In this document: positions 29,023-38,470 of the stretch, one piece after another
Layout of the letters: each line of letters opens with the position of its first letter
Position numbering within the stretch: the stretch's first letter is position 1
Virus record (IMG/VR): IMGVR_UViG_3300017649_000004
Length of the DNA: 64,000 bases
Origin: a virus
Lineage: Duplodnaviria; Heunggongvirae; Uroviricota; Caudoviricetes
Strand: one strand, 5' to 3'
Made by a program: the position numbers and the translations under genes
Notes under the pieces: generated by a model
Database searches by the model: none
What the model was told of the DNA's origin: nothing
The model's input: only the letters and a program-made list of their open reading frames with translations

Positions 29023-29344
29023 TGGTCGCGAGGTCTATCTCGCATGGCGCAAGCAGTCCGAGGTCTATCGCTCCAGCGAAAAGACCATTTCGGACGCGGT
29101 AGCGGCAGACAAGGCAGCATGGGCGATCGATGACGACACGCTGCGCAACCTTGCAACCGAAGGCATCGAGATCGTAGGCGTCCTGGTGCGCGATACCCTG
29201 GACGTCTACATCACCCACATCTCCAACTTCTTCGACACCGCCAAGGCCAAGATCATGAATTATGAGAGCCGTGGCGGTGCCTTGCAGCGCTACCTGCCCT
29301 TCAAATTCTTCGCCGTGAAAACGGGAGCAGCGAAGGTCAAGTAA
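28934..29344 (+). CDS. hypothetical basic protein
   Basis: 136 aa with a GTG start located 88 nt inside the ASCH ORF in another frame. Good coding composition. Confidence 0.4.
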   Translation: MRKKKQPKLKPTRLVRNGRRIYGGIYTLSDGREVYLAWRKQSEVYRSSEKTISDAVAADKAAWAIDDDTLRNLATEGIEIVGVLVRDTLDVYITHISNFFDTAKAKIMNYESRGGALQRYLPFKFFAVKTGAAKVK

Positions 29345-29354
29345 ACCCTTCTGC

Positions 29355-29400
29355 GACCCAAACGCTCGCGCGCTATAAGTGATCAGTCAGCACTTACTAA
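29355..29400 (+). promoter_or_regulatory. full promoter/5'-hairpin element
   Basis: GACCCA - N10 - CGCTATAAGTG - atcagtcag - CACTTAC, upstream of sbcD. Confidence 0.5.
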
Positions 29401-29413
29401 CGGACAATCAGAC

Positions 29414-30496
29414 ATGAAAGCAGGCATTGCCTCCGATCTGCACTGTCATGCGTGGACCATGTTCTCGCGCACCAATGCAGATGGCGTGAACTCGCGCCTT
29501 CGCTACACCCTTAATGAGCTGTCGCGCGCTGCAAACACCGTTCTGGCGGCCGGCGGCGACTGTCTCGTCATTTCCGGCGACATTTTCCATACGCGCGGCG
29601 TGCTTGATCCCGAAGTGCTCAATCCGACGCGCGCAACGATCCGGGAAATCCTCGAGAGCGGCGTTTCGATCTATGCGATCCCCGGCAATCACGACCTCAA
29701 GTCGAAGGACACGGACGAGCTGTCCTCTGCGATCCAAAATCTGACGCAGGAGACGATCGAGGGCGCAACCTTCCGCATCTTCAATCGCGTCGGCGCCATC
29801 CGGCATGGTCCCTTCACCTTCGGCTTCGTTCCCTGGCGCTGGACGACCGAGGCGCTGCTTGAGGATCTGGTGGAGCTGTTCAAGCGCCCGGATGCGTCAA
29901 AGATGGACGTGTTCATCCATGCTGGCATTGACGGCGTGCTCTCGGGAATGCCGGCGCATGGCCTGACCGACGCACAGCTGGCAGCCTTCGGCTTCCGCCA
30001 CGTCTTTGCCGGCCACTACCACAACCATCACGACTTCAAGAACGGCGTCATCTCCGTCGGCGCTTCGACACATCAGACGTGGGGCGATGTCGGCACACGC
30101 GCCGGCTTCCTGCTGCTCGATGCAGACGGCACCGTCACCTTCAACGACACGAAGGCGCCGAAGTTCATCGACCTGACCGGCAAGGATGAGCTGGAGATGG
30201 AGCTGGAGTGCCAGGGCAATTTCGTGCGCTTCCGCGGACCTGCAATGACGCAGGACCAGATCAAGGACTTGCGCGAGCAGTTCTACGCCTGGGGCGCTCT
30301 TGGCGTGTCCATCGAAGTGCCGAAGGCGGTTGTGACCGCGCGCACCACTGCGCCGGCAAAGGGTCTAACGCTTGAGCAGTCGGTCGAAAAGTTCATTGCG
30401 GAGTCCGATCCGCATCCGACGCTGACGGCCGATCAGATCACCAAGCGGGCGCTTGAGACGCTCGCGGCTTCCCGCATCGTCTACGAAGAAGCCTGA
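29414..30496 (+). CDS. sbcD: SbcD/Mre11-family nuclease
   Basis: Calcineurin-like phosphoesterase motifs 'GDIFHTRG' and 'IPGNHD'. Confidence 0.75.
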   Translation: MKAGIASDLHCHAWTMFSRTNADGVNSRLRYTLNELSRAANTVLAAGGDCLVISGDIFHTRGVLDPEVLNPTRATIREILESGVSIYAIPGNHDLKSKDTDELSSAIQNLTQETIEGATFRIFNRVGAIRHGPFTFGFVPWRWTTEALLEDLVELFKRPDASKMDVFIHAGIDGVLSGMPAHGLTDAQLAAFGFRHVFAGHYHNHHDFKNGVISVGASTHQTWGDVGTRAGFLLLDADGTVTFNDTKAPKFIDLTGKDELEMELECQGNFVRFRGPAMTQDQIKDLREQFYAWGALGVSIEVPKAVVTARTTAPAKGLTLEQSVEKFIAESDPHPTLTADQITKRALETLAASRIVYEEA

Positions 30497-30552
30497 CGAT
30501 CGCCAATCGCAGCAATGTTATTGTGAGAGAACAATAACTTAGAAGGTCGCTC

Positions 30553-30903
30553 ATGCTTTATAACGTGTATTTCACGACCCGGCAGATCGTCACGAGTTAC
30601 GACGCGACGGGCAAGAAGATCGGCGAAGTGGAGAATGCAATTCTCCACTCGCTGACGGCTTTGCCGCTGTCGACGGCGCTTCAATACAAGGATCTCGGGA
30701 ACTTCCGGATCGAGCGCTACGTGGCGGAGCAGAGGCGCTGGAGCGGCGGCGACAAGTCCAAACACCACCGTTTCGAGCCGACGACGCGCGGCATGAAGAA
30801 GGGCGAGACCCTTCGCGGCGCCGGCACATCGACCAAGCATCGCACCTCCATCGCCGAAGCGGCCGCAACCGGCGACCTGGCAGCAGCAATCAACGGGAAA
30901 TGA
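30553..30903 (+). CDS. hypothetical protein with C-terminal AAATGDLAAA tail
   Basis: 116 aa. Its C-terminus 'IAEAAATGDLAAAINGK' is shared with the 10852-11409 ORF. Confidence 0.45.
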   Translation: MLYNVYFTTRQIVTSYDATGKKIGEVENAILHSLTALPLSTALQYKDLGNFRIERYVAEQRRWSGGDKSKHHRFEPTTRGMKKGETLRGAGTSTKHRTSIAEAAATGDLAAAINGK

Positions 30904-30907
30904 CCGG

Positions 30908-32845
30908 ATGAAGTTCGGCAAGCTCACTATCGAAAATTTCCTCGCCATCTCGAGCGCGGAAGTGAACCTCGCAGATCGGGGCCTGGTAGGCATCCAGGGT
31001 GTCAATCACCTGGACTCGTCCGCCTCGTCAAACGGCTCCGGTAAATCCTCGATCGCCGACGCCCTGTGCTGGTGTTGGTTTGGCGTCACGGCGCGTGGGT
31101 CGTCCGGCGACGAGGTAATCAATGACGAGGCGGGCAAGAATTGCCGTGTGGTCTCGGTGCTCGAGGACGGGCATCTGACCTACACTGCCACGCGCCACCG
31201 CAAGCACAAGACGGGCAAGAACACCTTCACGCTCACGGTCCATGATGGCCTGACCGAAACGGACCTGACGAAAGGCACCGACAAGCTCACGCAAGAGGTT
31301 GCCGGCCAGATCCTCGGCTGTTCGCTCGACGTGTTCGTGGGCTCGATCTACGCCGGCCAGGAAAAGATGCCTGACCTGCCGTCGATGACGGACAAGCAGC
31401 TGAAGGTGCTGATCGAGGAAGCAGCCGGCGTCACCGTCCTCGAGGGCGCTTACCAGAAGGCACGGGAAAACACGAATGAGGCGGCAAAGAAGGTCGTGAC
31501 GCTGGAGGCGAGCGTTCAGTCGATCAGCGACAAGATCGCTTGGGTCGACGGACAGATCGAGGACCAGAAGAAGGCTGCCGCTGCCTGGAAGAAGAACCAG
31601 GCAGACGAAATTGATCGCAAGAAGGCCGAGGCTGCGGCAGTCGTCCCGGTGCTCAAGAAGTATCAGGAAGACATCGCCGCGATGCAGGCTCTCAAGCTGG
31701 AGCATCAGATCACCGCGGTTGATGCCAGGATCGCGGCGGTCAAATCGGAGAATGACGAGCTTGCCCGCCTTGAGCGCGAGCTGGCCGACGCCGCGTCCCA
31801 ACTGGCCCTAAAGCAGAAGGCGCTCAGTGACGCTGTTCACCGGCAGGGAGTCTACAAGGCAGAAGTCGCGACGGTCGAGCACAAGATTGGCTGTCCGTGC
31901 GGCGAGTGCGGCAGACCGTTGACGGAGAAGGAGCTCGAGGGCGTCAAGAAAGCGGCAACCGACAAGCTCGACACGCAGACGAAGGAGGTCGGCCGGATCG
32001 ATGCAGAGGTCAAGGAAGCGCTTGACCGGGTAACGCGCGCAGAGAAGGCGCGCAACGACTTCAAGGCGACGATGACCGACATCAGCGCGGCAACGGCTGA
32101 ACGTGCGCGCCTGGGCTCCGAGCTTGCCAACTACAACGAGCTTTTGCGTCAGCAGGCGGCAAGTGTCGCACAGGCAAAGGCACTGCGTGACAAGATCGCC
32201 GAGCTTTCTGCGGCCGCAAATCCGCATGAGGCGACGATCGTCAAGCTCACCGAGGAACGCGACAAGCTGAAGGTGCAGCTTGACGGCGAGGAGAAGAAGC
32301 TCAAGGCGGCGCGCGACGAGGTTGAGCTTGAGAATGCGGTGGTCAAGGTCTTCGGACCTGCCGGCGTGCGAACGCGCATCCTCGATGAAGTCACGCCCTT
32401 CCTCAACGCGCAGACCTCCAAGTATCTGTCGACGCTCTCCGACGGCAACATCGACGCGACCTGGACGACGCTGACGAAGAACAGCAAGGGCGACCTGAGG
32501 GAGAAGTTCTCCATCGACGTGTCGAACGCGACCGGCGGCAAAATCTTCAAGGCGCTCTCCGGCGGCGAGAAGCGCAAGGTGCGCATTGCGGCCGCGCTTG
32601 CCCTGCAGGATCTGGTTGCAACCCGCGCCACCAAGCCGATCGACCTGTTCATCGGTGACGAGATCGATGATGCGCTCGATCCGGCTGGCCTTGAGCGCCT
32701 GACGGTCATTCTCGAGGAGAAGGCGCGCGAGCGTGGCTCGGTGTTCGTCATCTCCCACAACGAGCTGCGGGATCACATCAAGCAGGTGTTGCTGGTTGAG
32801 AAGATGCCCGACAAGACCACGAAGGTCACGGAGACTGTGCTGTGA
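30908..32845 (+). CDS. sbcC: SbcC/Rad50-family ATPase
   Basis: N-terminal 'FGKLTIENFLAIS...LVGIQGVNHLDSSASSNGSGKSS' (Walker A), a long coiled coil with zinc hook 'CPCGECGRP', and C-terminal signature/D-loop 'LSGGEKRKVRIAAALA...LFIGDEIDDALD'. Confidence 0.75.
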   Translation: MKFGKLTIENFLAISSAEVNLADRGLVGIQGVNHLDSSASSNGSGKSSIADALCWCWFGVTARGSSGDEVINDEAGKNCRVVSVLEDGHLTYTATRHRKHKTGKNTFTLTVHDGLTETDLTKGTDKLTQEVAGQILGCSLDVFVGSIYAGQEKMPDLPSMTDKQLKVLIEEAAGVTVLEGAYQKARENTNEAAKKVVTLEASVQSISDKIAWVDGQIEDQKKAAAAWKKNQADEIDRKKAEAAAVVPVLKKYQEDIAAMQALKLEHQITAVDARIAAVKSENDELARLERELADAASQLALKQKALSDAVHRQGVYKAEVATVEHKIGCPCGECGRPLTEKELEGVKKAATDKLDTQTKEVGRIDAEVKEALDRVTRAEKARNDFKATMTDISAATAERARLGSELANYNELLRQQAASVAQAKALRDKIAELSAAANPHEATIVKLTEERDKLKVQLDGEEKKLKAARDEVELENAVVKVFGPAGVRTRILDEVTPFLNAQTSKYLSTLSDGNIDATWTTLTKNSKGDLREKFSIDVSNATGGKIFKALSGGEKRKVRIAAALALQDLVATRATKPIDLFIGDEIDDALDPAGLERLTVILEEKARERGSVFVISHNELRDHIKQVLLVEKMPDKTTKVTETVL

Positions 32846-33048
32846 ATGCGCTCGACATTGCAGGGGTGACGATCCTTTGGGTCGTCATCACCTCCCTTCT
32901 TTGTTGCGCGGTGTTTTGGTGGTGCAGCGAGCACGGCGAGGACCGTGACACTCCGGGAAGCATGTTCAGGGCAACTGCCCTGGCGCTCCTCGTTGGCGCC
33001 ATTTCGCTGCTCTGTTTTGTTCTGTTCCTCGGCGTCGTGCTGTTTTAG
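32842..33048 (+). CDS. small membrane protein
   Basis: 68 aa with two hydrophobic helices. Confidence 0.45.
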   Translation: MNALDIAGVTILWVVITSLLCCAVFWWCSEHGEDRDTPGSMFRATALALLVGAISLLCFVLFLGVVLF

Positions 33049-33072
33049 CCCGCCGATCCCGCGAGGTTCCTT

Positions 33073-33396
33073 TTGACCAAGAATGAGTTGCTGCTGGTGC
33101 AGCTGATGGAAGAGTGCAGCGAGGTTGCAAAGCGCTGCTCGAAGGCGCTGCGTTTCGGTCTGGACGAGGTTCAGCCTGGTCACTTCGACACCAATGCAAA
33201 GCGCATCCGTGACGAACTGCACGACGTCATCAGCACGGCCCTGGTCCTTCAGTCGGAAGGACTTTTGGAGGACATCCTGCCGGACGGCGAGACGGTGACG
33301 TCGCGTGCGCATCGCATCGCCCGCTTTGCCGAATATTCGCGCAAGCGGGGCTGTTTGATTGAGGATGCAACCCCTTTGATTCAGCGCTATATGTAA
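33073..33396 (+). CDS. MazG-like NTP pyrophosphohydrolase (putative)
   Basis: All-alpha, 107 aa. The E-E-x-x-E ... E-x-x-D spacing ('LMEECSEVAKR ... IRDELHDVIS') fits the MazG/HisE catalytic motif. Confidence 0.45.
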   Translation: MTKNELLLVQLMEECSEVAKRCSKALRFGLDEVQPGHFDTNAKRIRDELHDVISTALVLQSEGLLEDILPDGETVTSRAHRIARFAEYSRKRGCLIEDATPLIQRYM

Positions 33397-33410
33397 GTAA
33401 GAACTTACGG
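33369..33410 (+). promoter_or_regulatory. full promoter/5'-hairpin element
   Basis: AACCCC - N10 - CGCTATATGTAAGTAAG - aa - CTTAC. It overlaps the upstream stop codon. Confidence 0.5.
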
Positions 33411-33426
33411 ACGAGGGCTATATATC

Positions 33427-33906
33427 GTGGCAAGACGAAAAGTGACCCTGACTGAAGAGGAACGCAAACTTCGCGAGGAGATCGGCTCGCAGATCGTAGA
33501 GAAGCTCAAGGAGCAGTCCTTCGAGTGCGAGAGCCTCTACAAAGCGACCGTCAAGTATGGCGAGGAGGAAGGCAACCGCTTTCGCAAGAAGGAGATCATC
33601 CCGGGCTGGGAGTTCTTCCTGTCCTACCACTATCTCGGCGCGGCCGGTCAGATGATCTTCGGCCTCATGCCGGAGGATGACCAGGAATACGAGTTCGTGG
33701 AGATGAACGCCAAGGAGCTCGACCAGGTATTCCCGCTCATGGGCTCCAAGATCGCCGAGACCTTTGGCGTGAAGGGCGAGAAGCTGCCGGAAGTGATCGA
33801 AAACGTCATCGCCAAGCATGTTGAGGATCAGCTGATGGCTGCGGCGCGCGAGCGTGAAGCAGCGATCGCCGCCTATGAGGACAATCCTGAGTTTGGAATG
33901 TTCTGA
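33427..33906 (+). CDS. hypothetical protein with C-terminal ...NPEFGMF tail
   Basis: 159 aa with a GTG start. It ends 'YEDNPEFGMF' and its TGA overlaps the next ATG. Confidence 0.5.
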   Translation: MARRKVTLTEEERKLREEIGSQIVEKLKEQSFECESLYKATVKYGEEEGNRFRKKEIIPGWEFFLSYHYLGAAGQMIFGLMPEDDQEYEFVEMNAKELDQVFPLMGSKIAETFGVKGEKLPEVIENVIAKHVEDQLMAAAREREAAIAAYEDNPEFGMF

Positions 33907-34217
33907 TGAACGATCTGACGGAAACTGAGCAGAAATACCTGCGCGTGTTCGTCCGGGAGCTCATGTCGCTTTACTCGAACCCGAGCAACGCGGCGGCGGC
34001 GGTGCTCGAGGCAGATAGCCGCAAGGCGGACATCTGGCACCTCCAGGGAAAGCTCCAGGAGGCCTTCACACGTCTCAGGAACCTCGAAATGTCACCGCCG
34101 GTGCCCGATGCGCATTTGCACATGCGTTTCGAGAAGCTGGCGGAAGAGGTCAGAGGCGAAATCACTGCGGTTTCCAACCGCGTCAACGAACTCATTCCCG
34201 GTTACGGAGCATTCTAA
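33906..34217 (+). CDS. hypothetical protein
   Basis: 103 aa. The C-terminus 'IPGYGAF' is a degenerate version of the FGMF tail. Confidence 0.45.
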   Translation: MNDLTETEQKYLRVFVRELMSLYSNPSNAAAAVLEADSRKADIWHLQGKLQEAFTRLRNLEMSPPVPDAHLHMRFEKLAEEVRGEITAVSNRVNELIPGYGAF

Positions 34218-34795
34218 TGGCTAAGATCCGTGTTGCAGGACTCGACGGATCCAAACGCAACTTCGGGGTCGCAATCATGGAGATTGATACGCGAACCCTC
34301 GAAGCAGAGGTTGTCGACCTCATCCTGATCAAGACGGAGAAGGAAAAGTCCAAGCAGGTGCGCAAGTCCTCGGACAATTTCCGCAGCGCCTGCCAGATCG
34401 CCGAGGAGCTGCCCAAGGCACTCAAGGGCGTGACCTCGATCTTCATTGAAGTGCCGAGCGGCGGCCAGTCCTATGACGCAGTGCTGGGCTTTGGCATCGT
34501 CATCGGGCTCTACGCATCGATTGAGCGTATGCTGGGCATCCCGGCTGTCGAGGTTGCCCCGAGTGAAACCAAGCTCGCGGCCGTCGGCACGAAAACCGCC
34601 TCGAAGCAGGAAATGATCGAGTGGGCATTCGAGAAGTTCCCGAACGCGCCCTGGCGCACCCGCAAGCTCAAGGGCGAGACGGTGCCGACCCTCGACAACG
34701 AACACCTCGCTGATGCCGTGGCGATCGTCCACGCCGGCATGAAGACGCCAGCCTTCCGTCAGACGCTCGCGATCCTCACTGCCGCAGCGGCGTGA
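34217..34795 (+). CDS. RuvC-like Holliday junction resolvase
   Basis: RNase H-fold acidic residues in RuvC order: 'VAGLDGSKRNFGVAI', 'IFIEVPSG', and 'DNEHLADAVAIVHAG'. Confidence 0.65.
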   Translation: MAKIRVAGLDGSKRNFGVAIMEIDTRTLEAEVVDLILIKTEKEKSKQVRKSSDNFRSACQIAEELPKALKGVTSIFIEVPSGGQSYDAVLGFGIVIGLYASIERMLGIPAVEVAPSETKLAAVGTKTASKQEMIEWAFEKFPNAPWRTRKLKGETVPTLDNEHLADAVAIVHAGMKTPAFRQTLAILTAAAA

Positions 34796-34810
34796 TTTTC
34801 ATTTGTCAAG

Positions 34811-34835
34811 TCTAGTAAGTAAGCACTTACTTTCG
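34811..34835 (+). promoter_or_regulatory. GTAAGT hairpin element (hairpin-only class)
   Basis: GTAAGT-aagc-ACTTAC, upstream of nrdB. It is preceded by TTGTCAAG. Confidence 0.45.
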
Positions 34836-34890
34836 TAGGATGAGGATTCCCGCCTTGGGAATCCCTTTCAGATCATCACCCGAGTGACCA

Positions 34891-35856
34891 ATGCTGTTTG
34901 AAAAACAAGTGGCGCGTAAGCCCGACCTGTATCCCTGGAGCCGTCCCTACATCGAAGCCATGCACGAAGGCTTCTGGACTGTGAAAAAGTTCACGTTCGA
35001 CTCCGACAAGAACGATTTTGAGCTGAATCTGACCGACCAGGAGCGTGTGATGGTTACGCGCTGCCTGGCTGCAATTGCGCAGATCGAGGTCAAGGTGAAG
35101 GAGTTTTGGGCGCGCCTCGGCCAGAACCTGCCGCACCCGTCCATGTCCGACCTCGGCATTACGATGGCAAACATCGAGGTCATCCATAACCAGGCATATG
35201 AGCGTCTGCTCGAAGTCCTCGGGCTTGAGAACGTGTTCGAGGAGAACATGAGCGTTCCGGCGATTGCCGGCCGCGTGGGCTACCTCACGAAGCACATGGA
35301 GAAGGTCTACGGCGACGACAAGAAGCAGTATATCTACTCACTGGTCCTCTTCACGCTGTTCGTGGAGAACGTCAGCCTGTTCTCGCAGTTCTATCTGCTC
35401 CTGTGGCTGAACCGGAACAAGAACGTCCTCAAGGACACCGCCCAGCAGGTCAAATACACCCGCAACGAGGAGCTCCTGCACGCTCAGGCGGGCATGAAGA
35501 TCATCAACACGCTTCGGGAGGAATATCCGGAGCTGTTCGATGACGACCTCAAGCGCAAGATCGTCCATGAGTGCCACGTCGCCCTCGACGCCGAAAGCCA
35601 GCTGATCAACTGGATGGTTGGCGACTATGCCGGCGAGGAGTTCTCGGCTGCAATTCTCAAGACCTATGTCGCGATGCGCCTCAATGAGAGCCTCGAGGGC
35701 ATTGGTTACGAGCCGATCTTCGTAATCGACCCCGAACACGAACGCCAGACCTTCTGGATGAGCGTCGGCCTCTACGCCCCGCCCAAGGTCGACTTCTTCC
35801 ATTCCGAACCCACGGCTTACACGCAAGCAGACGCGCCAGATGAGGATGATTTTTAA
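34891..35856 (+). CDS. nrdB: ribonucleotide reductase small (beta) subunit
   Basis: Ferritin-like di-iron E...H pairs ('IEVIHNQAYERL', 'EELLHAQAGM') and a typical length of 321 aa. Located immediately upstream of nrdA. Confidence 0.7.
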   Translation: MLFEKQVARKPDLYPWSRPYIEAMHEGFWTVKKFTFDSDKNDFELNLTDQERVMVTRCLAAIAQIEVKVKEFWARLGQNLPHPSMSDLGITMANIEVIHNQAYERLLEVLGLENVFEENMSVPAIAGRVGYLTKHMEKVYGDDKKQYIYSLVLFTLFVENVSLFSQFYLLLWLNRNKNVLKDTAQQVKYTRNEELLHAQAGMKIINTLREEYPELFDDDLKRKIVHECHVALDAESQLINWMVGDYAGEEFSAAILKTYVAMRLNESLEGIGYEPIFVIDPEHERQTFWMSVGLYAPPKVDFFHSEPTAYTQADAPDEDDF

Positions 35857-37535
35857 TGCGCCCTGACTACCACTACCTCAACGCCATCTCGCTAAAGACG
35901 CTCTCGCGCGGCTACTTGAATGGCACGTTCCTTGACCACGAGCTGAAGGACGCGGCGATCGACCGCGTTAACTACCTCGTCACGCACGCCGAAGAGATCC
36001 TCGGCTTTGAGCTTCCGACCATGCGCCTTGCTGTGCGCCGCGGCTGGCTGTCGCCGGCATCGCCGGTCTGGTCGAATTTCGGCACCGAGCGCGGCCTGCC
36101 TATCTCGTGCAACGGCTCGTTCATGGACGATGACATGGACTCCATTCTCTGGAAGGTCGCAGAGATTGGCATGATGACCAAGGAAGGCGCTGGAACGTCC
36201 TGCTATATGGGCAAACTGCGCGGCTTTGGCTCCAACATTTCCGGTGGCGGCACGTCTCAGGGGCCGAAGCACTTTGCCCGTCTGATCCAGGAGCACCTGC
36301 AGGTCGTCAGTCAGTCGAACGTCCGCCGCGGTAACGGCGCCGTCTACATTGACGTCGACCATCCGGACATCGAACGCTGGCTCAAGATCCGCTCCATCAC
36401 CGGCGGTGTGCATGATGAAATCCAGCACCTTTCGTTTGGCGTCTGTATCTCGTCGGCCTGGATGAAGGAGATGCTTGCCGAGGCCAAGGGCGGCCCGAAG
36501 CGCCAGCTGATGGCGAAGATCCGCAATAAGCGCCGCGAGACCGGCTATCCGTTCATCATCTTCACGGACAACGCCAACGATCAGGCGCCGCAGGTGCTCA
36601 AGGACAAGGGTCTGCGCATTTGGGCGTCGAACCTGTGCACCGAGATCATGCTGCCGTCCTCGCCGAACGAGAGCTTCGTGTGTGACCTGTCCTCGGCGAA
36701 CCTGCTCCACTATGACGAGTGGAAGGGCACGCCGTTTGTCCGCGAGCTGATCTACTTCCTCGATGCGGTGATGACCGAATACATCGAGAAGACCGCAAAG
36801 AACCGCCTGCTTGCAGATGCGCACCGTTTCGCTGTTCGCTGGCGCGCGCTGGGTCTTGGCACGCTGGGCTACCACTCGCTCTTGCAGTCCAAGGGTATCG
36901 CGTTCGAGAGCGAGGAAGCGCGCGAGCTTAACATCGAGGTTCATCGCCACATTCAGCAGGAAGCGGACGCCGCGTCCCGCTACCTGGCCGATGTGTTCGG
37001 CGAGCCGGAAGGCATGATCGGCACCGGCTACCGCAACCTGACCCGTTGCGCGATCGCCCCGACGACCAGCTCCTCGATCATCTGTGGTCAGGTCTCGCAG
37101 TCGATTGAGCCGTGGGACTCGAACATTTTCGAGAACGACAATGCCAAGGGCGTTTTCGTTCAGAAGAACGCTCACCTTGAGGAGCTCCTCGAAAGCCTCG
37201 GCAAGAACACGAACGAAACCTGGGCGTCGATCGCCAAGGCCGGCGGCTCGGTGCAGCACCTTGACTTCCTGACGGATCATCAGAAGGCGGTCTTTAAGAC
37301 CTTCGCCGAGATCGACCAGAAGGAGATCATCATTCAGGCAGCCGACCGGCAGAGGTTCATCGACCAGGGCCAGAGCCTCAATATCAAGCTCCCGCCGGAA
37401 GCGACGATGAAGGAAGATGTGGACCTGATCGTGCTGGCTTGGGAGCTTGGGTTGAAGTCCCTCTACTATCGCAAGGGTCTCAACAAGGCTCAGGAAATGG
37501 CCCGTCAGAATGAGTGTTTGGCTTGCCAGGCATGA
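35856..37535 (+). CDS. nrdA: ribonucleotide reductase large (alpha) subunit, short form lacking the ATP cone
   Basis: Active-site 'SNLCTEI' (NxCxE). Also 'SPVWSNFGTERGLPISC' and 'RRGNGAVYIDVDHPDIERWL'. Confidence 0.8.
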   Translation: MRPDYHYLNAISLKTLSRGYLNGTFLDHELKDAAIDRVNYLVTHAEEILGFELPTMRLAVRRGWLSPASPVWSNFGTERGLPISCNGSFMDDDMDSILWKVAEIGMMTKEGAGTSCYMGKLRGFGSNISGGGTSQGPKHFARLIQEHLQVVSQSNVRRGNGAVYIDVDHPDIERWLKIRSITGGVHDEIQHLSFGVCISSAWMKEMLAEAKGGPKRQLMAKIRNKRRETGYPFIIFTDNANDQAPQVLKDKGLRIWASNLCTEIMLPSSPNESFVCDLSSANLLHYDEWKGTPFVRELIYFLDAVMTEYIEKTAKNRLLADAHRFAVRWRALGLGTLGYHSLLQSKGIAFESEEARELNIEVHRHIQQEADAASRYLADVFGEPEGMIGTGYRNLTRCAIAPTTSSSIICGQVSQSIEPWDSNIFENDNAKGVFVQKNAHLEELLESLGKNTNETWASIAKAGGSVQHLDFLTDHQKAVFKTFAEIDQKEIIIQAADRQRFIDQGQSLNIKLPPEATMKEDVDLIVLAWELGLKSLYYRKGLNKAQEMARQNECLACQA

Positions 37536-37743
37536 GGTTTCACCGCCACGACAAAGTGTCTCCGGAGGAGCGCTTTTGGGCCAAGGTTGAGAAAGGGGGG
37601 CCAGCACCGATTGCTGGCCCTGGAAGGCAACCAAGGACGGGCGCGGCTACGGAATGTTCGCGATAGGAAAGCTCGCGGCGCGTTTCGGGCTCAGTGAAAG
37701 TCACGCGAGCCGTGTGTCTCGCGGTTTGAGAAGGGAATAGCAA

Positions 37744-37980
37744 ATGCACTTTAAGGTCATCACCAAGCCTGGCTGCCCCTACTGCGACCAGGCGAAGGCC
37801 CTGATTAAGATGAAGGGTCACACCTATGAGGAAGACCGGCGCGACACGCCGGCAGGGCTTGATGCCTTCGTTCAGGAAGGCTTCCGCACCTTCCCGCAGA
37901 TCTTCGTTGGCGAGAAGCTGATCGGCGGCTTCGACCAGTTGAAGGTCTACTTCGCAGCGATGCCGGACGACGACTTCTAA
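37744..37980 (+). CDS. glutaredoxin
   Basis: 78 aa with CPYC active site 'KPGCPYCDQAKALI'. Confidence 0.7.
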   Translation: MHFKVITKPGCPYCDQAKALIKMKGHTYEEDRRDTPAGLDAFVQEGFRTFPQIFVGEKLIGGFDQLKVYFAAMPDDDF

Positions 37981-37988
37981 GTCCCGCT

Positions 37989-38048
37989 GCATCCCAAGTC
38001 GCTGCGCGCTATATCGTAAGTATATGCTTACTAGCGCGTAGCGCACAG
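37989..38048 (+). promoter_or_regulatory. full promoter/5'-hairpin element (copy 1 of a duplicated ~60-nt leader)
   Basis: GCATCCCAAGTCGCTGCGCGCTATATCGTAAGTATATGCTTACTAGCGCGTAGCGCACAGGAGGATCAATG. Confidence 0.55.
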
Positions 38049-38056
38049 GAGGATCA

Positions 38057-38239
38057 ATGATCACGTCCGCCTACGAGTATCAGCCCGAGCAGCCGGTCAC
38101 CAAGCAGCAGTTCGAGCTGATTGCGGCAGCGATCAAGGCCGACAATGACAACAAGGTCGGTGAGGACATTGGTCTGGAGCACGTCGACTGCGGCGCCGGT
38201 GCCTGCCCGATCGATTTCGCAGACAAGAAGGTGGCATGA
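38057..38239 (+). CDS. hypothetical small protein
   Basis: 60 aa, preceded by a ~60-nt leader that is duplicated upstream of the 38539 ORF. Confidence 0.4.
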   Translation: MITSAYEYQPEQPVTKQQFELIAAAIKADNDNKVGEDIGLEHVDCGAGACPIDFADKKVA

Positions 38240-38460
38240 TGTGGAAGATTTACACCGCTGAGTGGTGCGGCTGGTGCAAGAAGGTCAAGGCAGCCCTTGC
38301 CCTTCGCGGCATCGACTTCGAAGAGGCAGACGTCGAAAAGGACATGACGGCTCGCGCTGAGTTCCAGGCCGCCGGTCACAAGACCCTGCCGCAAATCTAC
38401 CACAACGGACGTCACATCGGCGGGCACGACCAGACGCTGGTCTATCTCGAAACGCTGTAA
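38236..38460 (+). CDS. NrdH-like glutaredoxin-like protein
   Basis: 74 aa with 'WCGWCKKVKAALA' (CxxC) in a thioredoxin-fold context, next to the nrd genes. Confidence 0.6.
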   Translation: MMWKIYTAEWCGWCKKVKAALALRGIDFEEADVEKDMTARAEFQAAGHKTLPQIYHNGRHIGGHDQTLVYLETL

Positions 38461-38470
38461 CGTTCCATCT

